Shown here: piece after piece, positions 11,522 to 25,503 of the stretch
Layout of the letters: each line of letters opens with the position of its first letter
Position numbering within the stretch: position 1 is the first letter of the stretch
NCBI GenBank assembly: GCA_022813965.1
Contig: JALDZS010000100.1
Coordinates: 1-64,000 of the forward strand
Reading direction: 5' to 3'
Source of the DNA: Toensbergia leucococca
Taxonomy: Eukaryota
DNA: 64,000 nt
Notes under the pieces: generated by a model
The model's database searches: none
Told to the model about the DNA's origin: nothing
The model's input: only the letters and a program-made list of their open reading frames with translations
Made by a program: the position numbers and the translations under genes

Positions 11522-13064
11522 TGAGGCAACCTTGTCTACATCTGAGCTGATCCATCAATGGGAGTATGGGAGTACCTATCATGGGAAATCTCTATGTCCC
11601 GCTAATCACAGACACGGTGGCCCAACATGATTGGGGAAGGAACTGAGTACACTCGAACGCCCAAGCTACTTCAAGGCAGGCATAAGGTAGCTGCGTGATC
11701 ATGTTTCAAGCACTAAGCAAATAATGTGCTCCGCTCATGGTCAAAAGCAAGCATTGATGTCATCGCCACGTCCTCAATTAGCGAGCAGCTTTTTGTGAGG
11801 TCGAATGATCGAGTGCCACTTTCACGACTTACAATGATGCTTTGTTTTAGGAAGGTCGACTCCATAGCGACTATTTCATCACTGCTGGGCCCCACAGGAA
11901 GGACTTTGACAAATGAGACGTTGCCAAGCTGGTGAGATCCAACACAGTCCTCGAATGTTAATGAAGGAGAATGTTGGATCGCAAAATAGCCAGTCCTGCA
12001 TTTTCGAGCATGTCCTCGTATTATGCAACATAAACAACATCACTTTCAATACTTCAAGTACTACTTCTTAACTTGCAAGGTGAATCATACTGCGTCGCAT
12101 GATCACGCCGGTGATTCACCGGCGAGATTTCCCGTCTCCGATCGGAGAGGATTTAATTCAGAGTCTCAGCACACAGTTGTAGGGCTAACAGTCAAGCAAA
12201 GCCAGCGAATTTGGTCCAACCAATAAAGCCGATGGTCCCCGCTTGTTTCGACCTGGCAGAAGATGTGGACTTTGTTTGGATTTGGAGGGTGGAGCTAAGA
12301 AAGCTTGAAACACTTCTCAGTCATCGCTATTCGTCCAATTTCCAATCTAGGAATATTGGCGGATCTGTGATATCACACTAACAAAAATAACTCAGAGGAT
12401 ACCACGTATTGTATGAGATGGGCTCTAGCGACTAGGGCTATGATTGGGCGACTCAGAAAGAGACATGGATACTCCAATTTAAGTGGTGGACACACTTATG
12501 TCTTATGCGGGGAGCATTGTATTTAAACAGGGCTGTCTCGTATTGTAAATCCCATCCCGCTTTTGAGTTTGGGAAACAGCACACCCCTGGCTGCAGAAGG
12601 ATGCAAGGTTGAAATAGGAGGGATCCCCAACTTACATGTACAGTAGCATCGCTCTTGCATCACTCTCGCAAAACTTTCCTTCCTCTTCTCACTACTAACT
12701 ATCCTTCGCCGCAATACATCGCGCGCGCCAACACTCCTTGTTCAATAACACGTCACATTCTCTACGTATCATTTCGAGATATTATCAAACGGACAGCGTC
12801 CGCAGGAATCAATATTCGTACTCCAGTCCACTGCAACACATCGCAGAAATACCTTCCTTGAAAGCTTCACCAATCCAATCAATCGTCAACCACCATCAAC
12901 ACTCATCATTCATCATTTATCGCGCATCTACGACATCATATTAGATCCTCATCTTGTTGATAAGATCGCCATTGAAGACTATCTATCGCCAATATATAAG
13001 CCGCAGCAAAAGAACCCGCCGAACCGACACACTTGAGACCATCATACAGACACTAGAAGTGGAC

Positions 13065-13817
13065 ATGTCTCTCGCCAGAGCTTTTACGAAACGGAGCAAA
13101 CGTCCAGATATATTAGTTCCGGGGCCAACCCGTGGGACCAGCATCAGAAGGCACAATGGTACCATCGACCATAATTTGATATCCCCACCACTGGCACTTC
13201 TATCAACCACGAATTCATTGGCATATGATGCTCCAGATCTTCCTCATATCAGCAATTCCTCCTCATCATCTGTGCAATCCTTCGATGATTCAGACAGCTC
13301 TCCACGATCTTTCAACTCCTCCAGAGGCACCACACCCGATACCTCGATGATTGACTTTTCACTAAGTCCGGTTGAGCCAAACCACCTTTCCACCTACTTT
13401 GGGTCACCAGGTCGTTCAAACTCAGTATCAAGCGAACCTAGCGTACCAGCAATACCGTCCCGAGCACTCTCTCATACCAAGAAGTCACACCAAGCCGTCT
13501 CACGCACACGATCCCAGTCACGGATGAGTCCGCCACCCAATGCCGTTCACAATATGTCAGACACTCGCAGCAGTGTCGATATGTTTTCCAATAAACATGA
13601 AGCGGATCATCCCTTTGGTGCAGAGCTAGAGCAGGTGAATGAGCTTGCAGAAGAGTTCGGCGCACGCGAAGTGATCATCTTGGACGAAGAGGAAGAGTAC
13701 TTAATCAGTCAAGGGCTGAGGAAATTTGGTGCTGAAGACTACGTCGTGGAGATCAAGGGCTTATTCGGTGATCTCTTTGAGGATGAAGTCTTCCCTCTTG
13801 ACGCAGGATGGATATAG
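13065..13817 (+). CDS. Conserved-looking fungal hypothetical Ser-rich protein
   Basis: ORF from MSLARAFTKR; ISPPLALLSTTN..YDAPD and HPFGAELEQVNELAEEF..GLRKFGAEDY blocks resemble a Pezizomycotina hypothetical family. Confidence 0.75.
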   Translation: MSLARAFTKRSKRPDILVPGPTRGTSIRRHNGTIDHNLISPPLALLSTTNSLAYDAPDLPHISNSSSSSVQSFDDSDSSPRSFNSSRGTTPDTSMIDFSLSPVEPNHLSTYFGSPGRSNSVSSEPSVPAIPSRALSHTKKSHQAVSRTRSQSRMSPPPNAVHNMSDTRSSVDMFSNKHEADHPFGAELEQVNELAEEFGAREVIILDEEEEYLISQGLRKFGAEDYVVEIKGLFGDLFEDEVFPLDAGWI

Positions 13818-14784
13818 ATCTCTGGCAGATCGATGCGAAAAGGGACTGGCCTCCTTGATCTCCGTTGAAGCGGATGATCGTCACACGTTGCTTACAATTT
13901 CTTTATGGGTACATCTCATTCTTGTCTATATTTGATGTTCTGTTTCAAACTTTACTTGTCTTTAATGGTTAAAGGAACGGTTATGGAGGTATTGATCTGG
14001 CGCGATCTGGGTTTGGAGCAGACATTTCACGATACGAATTCGGGAGCCTATCGGGTCCGTCCTCTCATTTGTGCAGCTATCTATACTTTTTGCATGCAAC
14101 GATTTCCTTAAACATACGCCTCTACTGCGCCTCGCTGATCTAGCCAGGAGATACGCAGGGATTATAATATGAATTCATGTCACATTCCAATCCATCATCT
14201 TACCCTGATGTTCGTTCCATTTTCAATTTGGACTGCGCAGAACAATAGATGTAAACCGTCCTACGATCAAACACGTACCGTTATGGCCATAAACTCTTAC
14301 ACTAAAGGTTTTGCGTCCTGCCTTACCTTCCTCACGTAGTACATTCACAAGTACCATAGCAGAGAAGCTCAAACACCATCCTGAGTCCCGCATCGAGACG
14401 GTAAGAAGATGGGGCCGGAATCCTTCCTCTACCTTAATTTGATTTGGGTGACTTCTTGATGATTCAGAATTCGATAGACACGTTGGTACTACCATTTCGA
14501 CTAATCAAAGTAAAACTCTTCAATAAATTTAGGTTGTGATTGGTAGATTTGTGCTAGAGATTGCTGTAGATCGACCGGATGCATCGTGGAATATTCCTTT
14601 GTACCCGAGGCACAGAGCTGAATGCGATTATTAAATCTACTGTACTCGTCGCCACATGATACTAAATAAGCCGGACACAACACAATACTAACGCTTTGCA
14701 CTTGTCTAACGTAAAGCTTGTGCATTGCAACAAAATCTAGGGTTAGTCAAGTCTAAGATCATATGGAGGCTCGGCTTTTCCGCT

Positions 14785-17700
14785 ATGATCGAAAATGAGC
14801 CGGTACTGGAGAAAGACAAAACACTGGGGACAGTCCCCGTCACAAACGGAAGATTTTTACAGGATGGAGCCATGGCCGGTAACCCAGCTTCGCAGACAAA
14901 TGGGGAAGAACATGCTCCAGAGTTGGACCATTTTGGTTTACCTGTGAAGCGGCGTCCTCCACGAGCTTCTACTGTGAAGGCTATCCAGCTGGGAGCAAAC
15001 GGTCAAAATGTTGATGCAGGAGTCGAGGGAACGACCACCCATGTACACACAAGCAGCACACCCCAAGACCTCAAGGCCACTGAAAACTCGGCGGAGGAAA
15101 CAAATGCCGGACCTAAATCACCAATGTCTGACGAACCGCATCAAGCTCTCCACGCCAGCCCAGACAATGCTCAGATTGAGCCGCCGGCAGTGATTCCGAT
15201 ACAGCTTGAAAATATACGAAGTGGCGCCACAGCCACCGCCCTGGGTGGGGTTTCCGAATGGTCACATCAAGCACTTGCGCCTCATAAGGTCGAAGTCCAG
15301 GTCCAGGAGAAAGAGGAATGGCAAGACATGCCTGCATTTGCACCTTACGACCTCTACGATGACGACGGGAAACTTGTAGCTAGAGAAGCACAAGAGTCCG
15401 ATGATGAAGAAACGAATGCACTCGGCGGTGCAGGAAAGGGATATACCAGAGTTCAAATAGATGAAGATGCGAGGTCAGCTACTAGTATGGACGAGAACAC
15501 AAGCTATCTGTTCAAATCGCACGGAACCAACGTTGTGGATGAAGACGAGGATCAAAGGGACCCTCTGGCACAGATGCAGGCGACAAAGGATTTGCTGACG
15601 GAAGGGCAGAGGATAGCCTATGTCGGTATCACAAGGCTGGCAATGGCACAGATGATTCAACAGCAGGAGAAAGCGGAGGGAACAAAAGGAACCAAAAAGG
15701 AGTTGAGGATTGCGGCAGAGTCGATGAAGATGTGGAGTCAAAAAATGATGGTCAGGCTGTATGCGCATATGGACATCGACTCGTCAGGTAACTCCCTGCG
15801 AGCATACAGTTTGGTAGTTCCTGCTGATGTTGCGAAGAACAGATCATGATCGAACAACTGGCCGAACATGGCGTTCAGACTGCAGACTTGACCCCAGCCC
15901 TAATGCGGAATTCACGTGTTCGAAATCCCATGATCGATGAGCCCTCGGCTACAAGCTCATCGGTATCGTACATAGCTCCCGATGACCAGAAAAGGGGCTC
16001 GTCCAGCGTTCCTACTTCTCCCGGCGAAAGGGAGCCTGTAGGGAGTCACTCCCCCCCACCGTATCGAGAACATCAAGGCGAAGATATGCCTGAAGTTCGT
16101 ACTCCCTCACAATTACCTATGACTAGGAACATCGATATTGATCTTCGATGGACGGTACTGTGCGACCTTTTTCTCGTGCTGATTGCCGACTCGATCTACG
16201 ATTCTCGCTCGAGAGTTCTACTGGAACGCGTTGGAGCTTCAATGGAAGTGCCGTGGATAGAAATCTGTCGATTTGAGAAACGAGTGACAGATGCGTTGGA
16301 AATGCAAGAAGCGGCCAGAAAGGAGAATTGGGACGAGGCAGAGCATATGGAAAGCCGAAGGAAGATGGCTTTGAAACGAAAGTATATGATGATGGGTCTT
16401 GCAACTGTTGGTGGAAGTCTAGTCATTGGTCTCTCAGCAGGGCTTTTAGCACCTGTGATTGGAGCTGGCCTTGCCGCAGGCTTCACGACTATCGGCGTTG
16501 CAGGTACAGGTGGTTTCCTTGCTGGTGCTGGAGGCACTGCCCTTATCACCTCCGGAGCTGTTGTCACTGGAGGTACCATAGCTGTGAGAGCTTCTCATCG
16601 ACGGACAGGCGCTGTTCAAACCTTTGAGTATCGCCCTCTTCATAATAGCAAACGAGTGAATTTGATCGTCACAATTTCTGGATGGATGAACGGCAAAGTC
16701 GATGATGTACGATTACCTTATAGCACAGTAGATCCGATTATGGGTGATATGTACTCGGTACTCTGGGAGCCAGAGATGCTCCAAAGTATGGGTGACACAA
16801 TCAATATCCTAGCTACTGAGGTAAGCGTCACTACTACTTTCATCATATTTGCTTCGCTGATGTGTGATGTCGATCTGAATAGGCTCTTACACAAGGCCTG
16901 CAACAAGTCCTTGGAAGCACCATCCTGGTGGCTCTCATGGCTTCATTACAGCTTCCTATTGTCTTGACGAAGCTTTCATACCTCATTGACAATCCTTGGA
17001 CAGTATCACTGGATCGAGCGAATGCTGCCGGCCTGATCCTTGCAGATTCATTGGTCGAAAGGAATTTGGGTGTTCGACCGATAACGCTGGTCGGATTCTC
17101 ATTAGGATCTCGAGTCATCTTCTCCTGTCTGAGAGAACTTGCAAATAAGGGAGCATTTGGACTAATCCAGAATGTGTACCTCTTTGGGTCACCTATTGTA
17201 GCTAAGAAGGATGAATATCTGCGTGCGAGAATGGTCGTATCAGGTCGATTTGTCAATGGCTATGCTAGTAATGATTGGATTCTAGGTTCGTCGCTATCTC
17301 CATCTATCTATGTATTATGTATTACTAAGTACTTTCTCGCAGGATATCTCTTCCGAGCTACAAGTGGTGGTATAATGCGAATAGCTGGCCTCGCGCCTGT
17401 TGAAGAGATCCCTGGCGTTGAGAACATCAACGTTACTGAACTTGTAAACGGTCACATGGCTTACCGAACAGCAATGCCACGGCTACTTCGAGAAGTCGGC
17501 TGGGAAGTTGAGAGCGACGAATTCACTGAAATCGAAGATCCTGATCCAGAGAATCATGAGAAGCGCCAACGTGAGCTCATCCGAGAGATTGACGAGGCTC
17601 GAAAAGAGGCCGAGACCAAACCCGAGAAGCGGAGATTTGGTTTCTTCAAGCGTGGTAAACTTGCCGAGAAAAAAGGCTGGGAAACATACGACGAACGGAT

Positions 17701-18334
17701 GAAAGAAAGTGGAGGCTTATCCCGCGGAAGTGTTGACGGGGCCTCACCTAATGTCTTGTTTGATATCGACGCCATACGAGCCGAGCTAGCTAGTGAACAA
17801 ATCGAAGTTAGACAGCTGGAGTCGACGTTGCCACCAATGAAGCTCGATTTGAGTTCTTCGTCTGCATCTGCCAACATGCCTTTGCAAAGCCCCTATACGA
17901 AGCTTCGGGAGACAAAGAGCTACGATGCAAGTATTGCGTTACGAGCGAAGCCAGATCAAGACAGCACGCAGTTTTCCATGTCAGATGGTCATGTTTCCAA
18001 TCCATTTGATAAAGGCTATGATGAGTACGATGACTCTAACGAGCTTGGTGATCATGCCGCTAGTACGGTGCAAAGTGATTCGTCCTATGATCGTACTCTT
18101 CAATTTCGAATACCAGATCGCCCATCTCCCGATGCGGCCAATATTCCTGCTGAGACTCCTTTCACTCGGAGACGGTCAGGAAATGCTCTGCCAGCACAGT
18201 CACCAGATATTGGAGCGTCAAGTACTATACCTACAAATGTCAGCAATAGAAATGTGGAACACAATGGATGGTGCGACTATGACGAGGACGAGGATTTTGG
18301 CAAAGAGAGGCAAGTCCAAATGAGTTTCGAATAA
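14785..18334 (+). CDS. MIL1: DUF726/TMCO4-family membrane-associated alpha/beta-hydrolase-like protein (yeast Mil1-like)
   Basis: Three ORFs joined by introns 15788-15837, 16821-16882, 17286-17342; DLRWTVLCDLFLVLIADSIYDSRSR, hydrophobic Gly/Ala stretch, GFSLG nucleophile motif, VNGHMAYR. Start codon uncertain. Confidence 0.85.
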
Positions 18335-18857
18335 TAGTAAGAATGAGTCGACACCATTGTTTAGAATCTAAGCACGGCGTCTATTGTGGCTTGTACTTAT
18401 GGGCACCGGATTTTGGTGTTTAGTGTCTCAGCTTGGGCGCCTCCGCTGTCTCTTCAGTTGTCAATGTTTTGTGATGACATGGATAACTAAGGCAGTTTAT
18501 GGGTTAGCATCTGATAACTCTCTGAGTTCAATGCGGATTTGGGATATACGTGAAAAGACATAGAGCGATTCTTCGCGGTTCAATAACAACAGTAGAGAAA
18601 CAGTGATCAATCTAAATGCACTTTGCAATATGCACTCACTTAAATGAAGGTAAAACGTGAACGACGGAGCAGTTCAAGAGATTGTTTTAGGGCTAGGCCT
18701 TCGTCACGTGAATACGACGCTAGGATTTCACGAGTACTCGTACTCGTACAATTCGGTCGGAAGCTCAACTGTCTTTCATTTTGAGCCTAATGCCTAGCGC
18801 AGCAGGCTGAGGAATGATGACCTGAATCTAATATTAAACGCGCGCCTTCACACCTAC

Positions 18858-20758
18858 ATGGCTCTAGAGCGGGATAATACACGGTCCAGGAGGTTAGGAT
18901 TAACGAAAGAAAAGCTTCCTTACGGGAATCTACTGGTACAGGTTCCTCAAGAACGTCGAGGTCAGAGAAAGCGGCCATCCCCGCCTGTCGACGCTCCTCC
19001 CTTGGACTCGAGCGATGATGCTTCACGGGTGTCGGACACCGATCTACAAGGTCTAGATTCTCCCCCACCGCCAAAGAAAAGCAGGGGCCCTCAAATACGA
19101 GCACCTAGGAATGTGAGCGCGAAGCAGACACCTTCACCAGACGAAAACAGCGACAGTGCAACAGGGCTCTATACCAAGCGTTCGAACGTGGCTCGTAACA
19201 CGTCTGTCACGTCTTCCGATAAGAAACCAGCATCTCAACATGCAGCGAGGTCAAGTCCTAAGAGATCATGGGATAATACGGAGAGTAGGAAGGTATTCGA
19301 CAACGACGACCATATGAGCACATTTCAGCCGAAGAGGATTAGAAGGAGCTATGGCGGGACGACAAACATACACGGTTCCAGGGCGGCAGAGGAACGTAAG
19401 AAGGCGAAGAAGCCACCTGCACAAGCAGCTGAGAAACGGGAAGACGATTTCCACACTCCTGATATTCATGAATTAGAATCTAGAAGTCAGTCCTATTGGT
19501 CTTGATTTTGTAGGTACTGTACTGATGGATAGACAGTCGACGAGCTCGGTGACACGATTACGGAGGAGCCTTTCAAGATGCCTCCCACTAAAAATGAGAC
19601 TACTCCGCGTGCTAATAGAGCGACTCGACGTGCTAACGGTTTCGTAAAGCCGACTGTGTCTTGCCTGGTGGCTAAACCTGAAAAGGAGGCAAATGGACCT
19701 GCTTTTATTCTGCCGTCTATTCTACCTGATAATAGGAGTAATTCAGTAGCTACAGCATCATCTACTCATTTTGTTAATCCAATATTGGGAATAGATAATG
19801 AAATGTCTATGCGGGACCTCCAGAATCTGGTAGCAACCACAAAGGATAAGTTGGAACTACCGAGAGAAGCGCAATTTAAGCAGGCACCTTCATCGTTAAC
19901 CGCATCTTCATTACCTTCAATGCCTTACGACGTGGCTAGCTCAGCATCATCTCTTAGTTCGCCACCAGACTCTCCTGTGCTTGACGCATCACATGAGCAT
20001 AACGCCTTTCTCGAATCTGTTGCTCCCGGGTTCAATGTGCAGCCACTAGCCAATTGTCCAGTTTGCAAAGAAGTCGTAGATAGAGATTTCCTCGAGAGTT
20101 TCGACTGCGGCAAGCGTCTGAATGTACGACAGCAGACAAGGTTTTGCAGGGCGCACAAACAGCAGTCCGCTAACACCGACTGGGAATCGAGAGGGTATCC
20201 CAAGATCGACTGGAGGCATTTGGATGATCGATTAAGGAAGTTTCATCCTGCTCTCGAAGATGTTTTGAGAGGTGCAAGGCCGTCGTTCTATCGAAACGCG
20301 TTCGAGGACAGGGTCAAGAGTGGAAAGAACAGAAGGATGCAGCAAAGTATCGTTGGCTCGGAGTTTGAGGGTCTATTACCTGGGTACTATGGGTCTAGAG
20401 GAGCCAGAGTGATGTACATCTTGAATCTTGTGTCTTGCATCTGTTTCATGATGGAAGACTAATCGCGCACAGGATGGAGGATATAATGTCTCAATTCTCG
20501 TCCAAGATCCGCAGACTCGCGGCCTCGGACAAACTCATTTCTGTCGGAGGTGTGTCGGGGTATGTGCAAGCGGTGCTCGTACCTGAGCTTGCGGTACTAT
20601 TAGTAATGGAAGATATGCATGTTGATGAGGAGAATGCGAGGGCGATTCTCAGGGACAGCATTGATATTGGTGATTTGTTGAATGAGGAAGAGGATGAGAT
20701 GATTAGGGATCCAGAAGCGGATGAGAATACTGATCATGGTGTCGTGGATTTGACATGA
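18858..20758 (+). CDS. RTC4: RTC4-domain protein
   Basis: Low-complexity N-terminus; CPVC..FCRAH; PGYYGSRGARVM, then after an intron (~20414-20472) GYVQAVLVPELAVLLVMEDM..ARAILRDS, matching the RTC4 domain. Confidence 0.8.
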
Positions 20759-20966
20759 GTATTTACTGGCGGAATGGTTGCTATGTAGGAACAGCAAGGT
20801 GTATGTATACTTGGCAGCTTTTCTTCCTTTAAGCAAATCTTGCTTGATAGCTTACACAAAATGTAACATTCGATCTGCCCGCCCGTACCAATCCCGTCCA
20901 CACCCAAAATAATTCCCACCCCCTCTGGAAAACATAAGAACCAGTTCGTTCTATCCTCTTCTAACC

Positions 20967-21449
20967 TCACTGCCCCCTCCAAGCGACCCCAAATTTCCAC
21001 AGCCCAAAAGCAGCCACAACACTCAACCCAATCGGCAACGGTTTCCCCGACCTAATAGCCCTCGGCACCGAACTCCCCGCTAAAACAACACTGGCCAGCA
21101 GCGCCAATTCCACTCCATACGGCTGTCTGTTTCGAATGCGGAACCCACCGAGGCCGTACTACCAACACAATGGATGACAATCAGCATGCGAAACAGCGGC
21201 TTAGTGAGGCGTTGGAATGAAGCGGAGGTGAAAGGGTGTTTTTCTGTAAGGCCAGGGAAGGGGGGAGTAGGACATACGAGGGCGCCGACGGTGACGCCAG
21301 CAGCGATGGAAGGGATAGATCCTGTGCGGATGTAGCCTGTGATTCCGCCGCCGGCGGTGAGGAGGGCGAGGGCGAAGGCGGAGGTGGGGAGGTCGTCCTG
21401 TAGGGTTTGTTAGCTTGAGATGAAAAACTCGGGACCGGGGTAATACCAT
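20967..21449 (-). CDS. TMEM14-family small membrane protein
   Basis: ATG micro-exon, then DDLPTSAFALALLTAGGGITGYIRTGSIPSIAAGVTVGAL, then YGLGGFRIRNRQPYGVELALLASVVLAGSSVPRAIRSGKPLPIGL...; two GT-AG introns; missed by the ORF track. Confidence 0.9.
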
Positions 21450-21744
21450 TTTTGAGGAACTCGGATGGCTAGTGGTAGGTTGGTTGTTTGAATCAATTGG
21501 ACTGGATTCGATTGAGTTATTTGAGATAATTGGGGTGATTGATGTTGGTTTGGCTACCTATGACTTAAAGCTTCCCCGGCATTGGCTGGTCCGTGCACCC
21601 TGTCGGATTTCCTCGCCTTAGCGCGACGTATCCTTCCTTTCCACCTCCCTCCACTCAATCACAAACCACAATCAACTCCCCCTCCCGTCCTCACCAGCCC
21701 TACTCTCTCATCTCTACCACCTACCTTCTCTCAACACCTCAAAA

Positions 21745-22673
21745 ATGCCTCCCAAACGTACCCCCGCGACCCCCAAACCCTCCACTCCCTCCACAACCCC
21801 CTCCTCCAAAACCCCCAGCAAACTGCCCCCAAACCCCACCGCCGTCGCCAAATCACCCCCCTCACAACCCAAACAGCAGCAATCGCAATCGCAGTCGCCA
21901 TCCCAGATCCTGCAGAGCATGTACGACAACTACTGGCGCAGCACGCCGCAGCGAGTGAAGCTGATAGATGTGTTTATGGTTTTTTTGGTCGTGGTCGGGG
22001 GATTGCAGTTTGTGTATTGTGTTTTGGGGGGAAATTATGTGGGTTTTTGATCTTTCTTGTCTTTTTCTTGGGAGGGGGAGTTTTCTTGCGCTTTGTTTGG
22101 GGTGTGAGTGGTGGAAAGACTCGTGCTACATCCTCGGTGTCCTTTGCCCTAAACAATTTCCCTTCTCCCTTTCACTCCTCTCCCTCCAGTCTCCATTCTC
22201 CCATTTCCTCTAAACAAAACGCCCTAAACTGATCCAAAAACCAATAGCCCTTCAACGCCTTCCTCGCAGGCTTCAGCGCCACAGTGGGCCAATTCGTCCT
22301 AACCGCCAGCCTACGCATCCAAACAAACCCCGAAAACAAGTCAGAATTCAAGACCGTCTCGCATGAACGGTAAGTCTCTCCTCTCCTCTCCTTCCCTCTC
22401 CACCTTCCCACCCACCAACCTCCCTCGCCAACCCAACCCCGAGCTATATCGTGCTTTATTTCCAAGAGGGAATCTTGTATTGGCAGGAAGTGGGAAATTG
22501 GAGATTACGACAATACAAAGAGCTGGTCGGGGAGACAAATTTCACAAAGAAAGCAACACACATGACTCCGAAACCCATCCAAGCTGATCGCTCTTACCAT
22601 CCATAGGGCCTTCGCAGACTTCATCCTCGGCAGCCTAATCCTCCATTTCTTCTGCGTGAATTTCATAAATTAG
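21745..22673 (+). CDS. OST2: Oligosaccharyltransferase subunit DAD1/Ost2
   Basis: TPQRVKLIDVFMVFLVVVGGLQFVYCVLGGNY|PFNAFLAGFSATVGQFVLTASLRIQ..SHER|AFADFILGSLILHFFCVNFIN*; two introns of >200 nt. Confidence 0.95.
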
Positions 22674-23431
22674 ACACACCCCTTTCAAATTTGGACAATT
22701 CGATTTTCATTCAAAAAGGGGGGGGGCAGGGGGGAAAAATTGTACAACTATGGTAGCAAGCTTGATTGTTTTGAAAGGGGGGCAAAGGGATATATAGTCT
22801 GGAATACCAATGTAAAGAGACCCATGCGATTCGATAAGAAACACGCATATTCCAAAAGAAAAAAAATGGCAATGGCTTTTTTGACTCTTCCTCGCTTTAA
22901 GCCATCTTCAACGTCCATACCTCATTCTTCTTCTTCTTTCTCAGCCCCAGGCAAGCACGACTACCCATTTCGCCAGAAAGATAAAAAATCTCAAATCCTT
23001 ACCTTTTCCAAGCGCGTGAAATTATCTTAATCCAAATCAGGCCAGTGCCCCTTCGGACTAGGTACCTGCACATTAGGTAGGTAGGGTTGCCAGAGCACAA
23101 TTATGATGCCGAATACAAAGAAAAAGGAGGAAGGAGAATTAGCACACACGCCCCCCTTCCAAAATTAATCGGACCGAGAGAGAGAGAAATATAGGTATCC
23201 AATCCCACTGACAAACGTAAGTGTTCTCCATTGAGGAAAGCGAAATGAAAAACAACCCATTTTTATTCGGATCCCTTGAAATTCTATCAATCTAAATCTC
23301 AAATATGCAAAAAGACACCTACAAAAAGCCCCCTAGTGCCATAAAACCACCCACCCAATCCCATCTCCCATCCCCGCCCACAAACGCCCCCACTCCCACA
23401 CTCACCCCTCCCAAACCCAGCAATCAATCAA

Positions 23432-25503
23432 TCAAGCCTCCCCACCCCCCTCCCTCAACCCAAAGACCCCCCTCAAAGCGACCCCAAACCTCCTCGTCGC
23501 CTCCGAAATCTCTTCCTCCGTTGCCGCCGCAAAAGTCATCCGAAAAAACATATCCTCGCCCCCATCCGCCTCAGCACGAAACCAGCTGCCCTTGGAAACA
23601 AGCACGCCCCTGTCGATAGCGGCGTGGAATATTTCGTCTTCGATGTCGAGGAGACTTGTTTTCTGGGGGTGGGAGCGCCAGTCGATGCGGATCCAGTGCT
23701 ATTTGATTTAGGGCATGTTAGGAGGGAGTTAGGATGTGAGAAATCTCGCGAAAGAGGAAATGCTTACAAACATGCCAGCAGCTGGTGGGTTCCAACTTAC
23801 GACCTCGGTTGGCAAGAACTTCTCGCAGGCACCGCAGATGCCATCTCTGCGCCTTGTGTACTCCAGCCGTAGGTTAATCAACCAGTCCAAATAGCCTTCG
23901 TGGCCCCAAGCCTCGTCCAATAGCTTAAAGAGCACCAGCTGCGAGGCCCCGCTAGGATTTTGTGTCGTGACCTCCGAGTGCCGCACGAATCTTTCAACAA
24001 TCTGTTCCGAGGCTGTGATCCAACCCACGCGCGACCCCGGAGCGATGACTTTGGAAAATGAATCTAGGCGCATGACGCGGCCGTCGACGTCGAGGCTCAA
24101 AAGGGAAGGGATTAGCGATTTGAGAAAGGAGGTATGGGAGGCTCGGGGGGTAGTAGAGGGGCCGGGATAGGGTTGCATTTGCAGGAAGAAGTAGGGCTCG
24201 TCTTCGAGAATATAAATGTCGTGTCTTTGGGCGCAGCGGTAGAGAGCGCGGCGACGATCGGCGGATTGGGTAGCGCCGGTGGGGTTCTGGCCCGTGGGGA
24301 CTGTGTAAAGGAGCCATGGTTTGGGGCCGCGCCGTTTGATGGGGTCCCAAGTGCTGAGGACGTGGTCCATGTGTGAGGGGAGGATACCTTCAGCGTCCAT
24401 TTTTATGCCAACGACACGCACGCCGAGAGGGGCGGCGGTTTCCTGTACATAATTTAGATTTTTTGGTGCCTTTTTGAACTTTTAGGGGCTAATCATTGCG
24501 TACGACGGCTGTGGCGAAGGTGTATTCTTCTGACATGATGTATTCGCCCCTAGTAGTGAACATTCTGTAGGCCATTTCGAGGGCCGAGGTACTGCCTACG
24601 GTCAGGGTACATTGCCAGTCTTGGTATGGAGGGTGGTGGACAATCTAATCCTTGGTCAGGACGTAGTTGCCCGGAATAAGTGGTAGAACAATACTTCTGT
24701 ATGCTCTGTAATAAACCGCAGTAGCTGCGCTGAACCGGTAGCTTGGCCGTAGTTGAACGCTACGTGAATGTCTGGTTGCATACGAGTGTATTAGCTTGCA
24801 ACCCAAGGTATGATAATGTTGTTATGAAACTCACCATAGATACTTTTTCCTTCTGCAATATCATGCTTCCCAGCACTTACTACCGTCCCCGATTCCTTGG
24901 TCTCCATTTCTGAGAAGTACGGTGGCGTAGGAACTTTGATGTCGATTTGCTCAAAGGGGAAGTAGACGCTCGAGGGGAGGCCGCCGCCTAGAGAAATCAG
25001 GCCTAGAGGGTATGAGAATGTTCCATCTGAAAGATTTTTGATGTGACTGAGCCCACCTGGATTTTTGAGATATTTTGCTGCTCCCTTCAACATCGATGGC
25101 TACGAGTTTGTTCAGCCGTAGCTCATTCAATTTGCATGTTTTGACGGTTTCTAACCTTCCTCGATTTGCTCTCCTCATTCAGGCGATCTACGAGGCCATT
25201 AGTCACACGGACTTCCCTGCGCCGAGGATTCGCTAAAGAGCAACTTACGATCCCATCTCTTAGATTTGGGTTTGCCGTGCCCCTACGATATGGTCAGACA
25301 TGTTCGTCTTAACACAATAGCCTTGGGGCATTTCATACCGGGCTCTTGAACATGTCGCTGCTGGCATGTGCCGCTATGCCTCCGCTGATCTTGGGAGCCT
25401 TCGCCCGTCGTGCGGGAACTCCATTGACCCTCAGCCTGTCGGAGAATGTGGCAATTTGGGTATCGGTGCCCCCTTGAATGTCAATGGCGGATGGTGGAGC
25501 CAT
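23432..25503 (-). CDS. ARO8: Aromatic/aminoadipate aminotransferase (PLP, class I)
   Basis: Multi-exon; ISLGGGLP, LYTVPTGQNPTG, ILEDEPY, RLDSFSKVIAPGSRVGW (PLP lysine), PAAGMF|HWI, FFRMTFAA. Confidence 0.92.
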
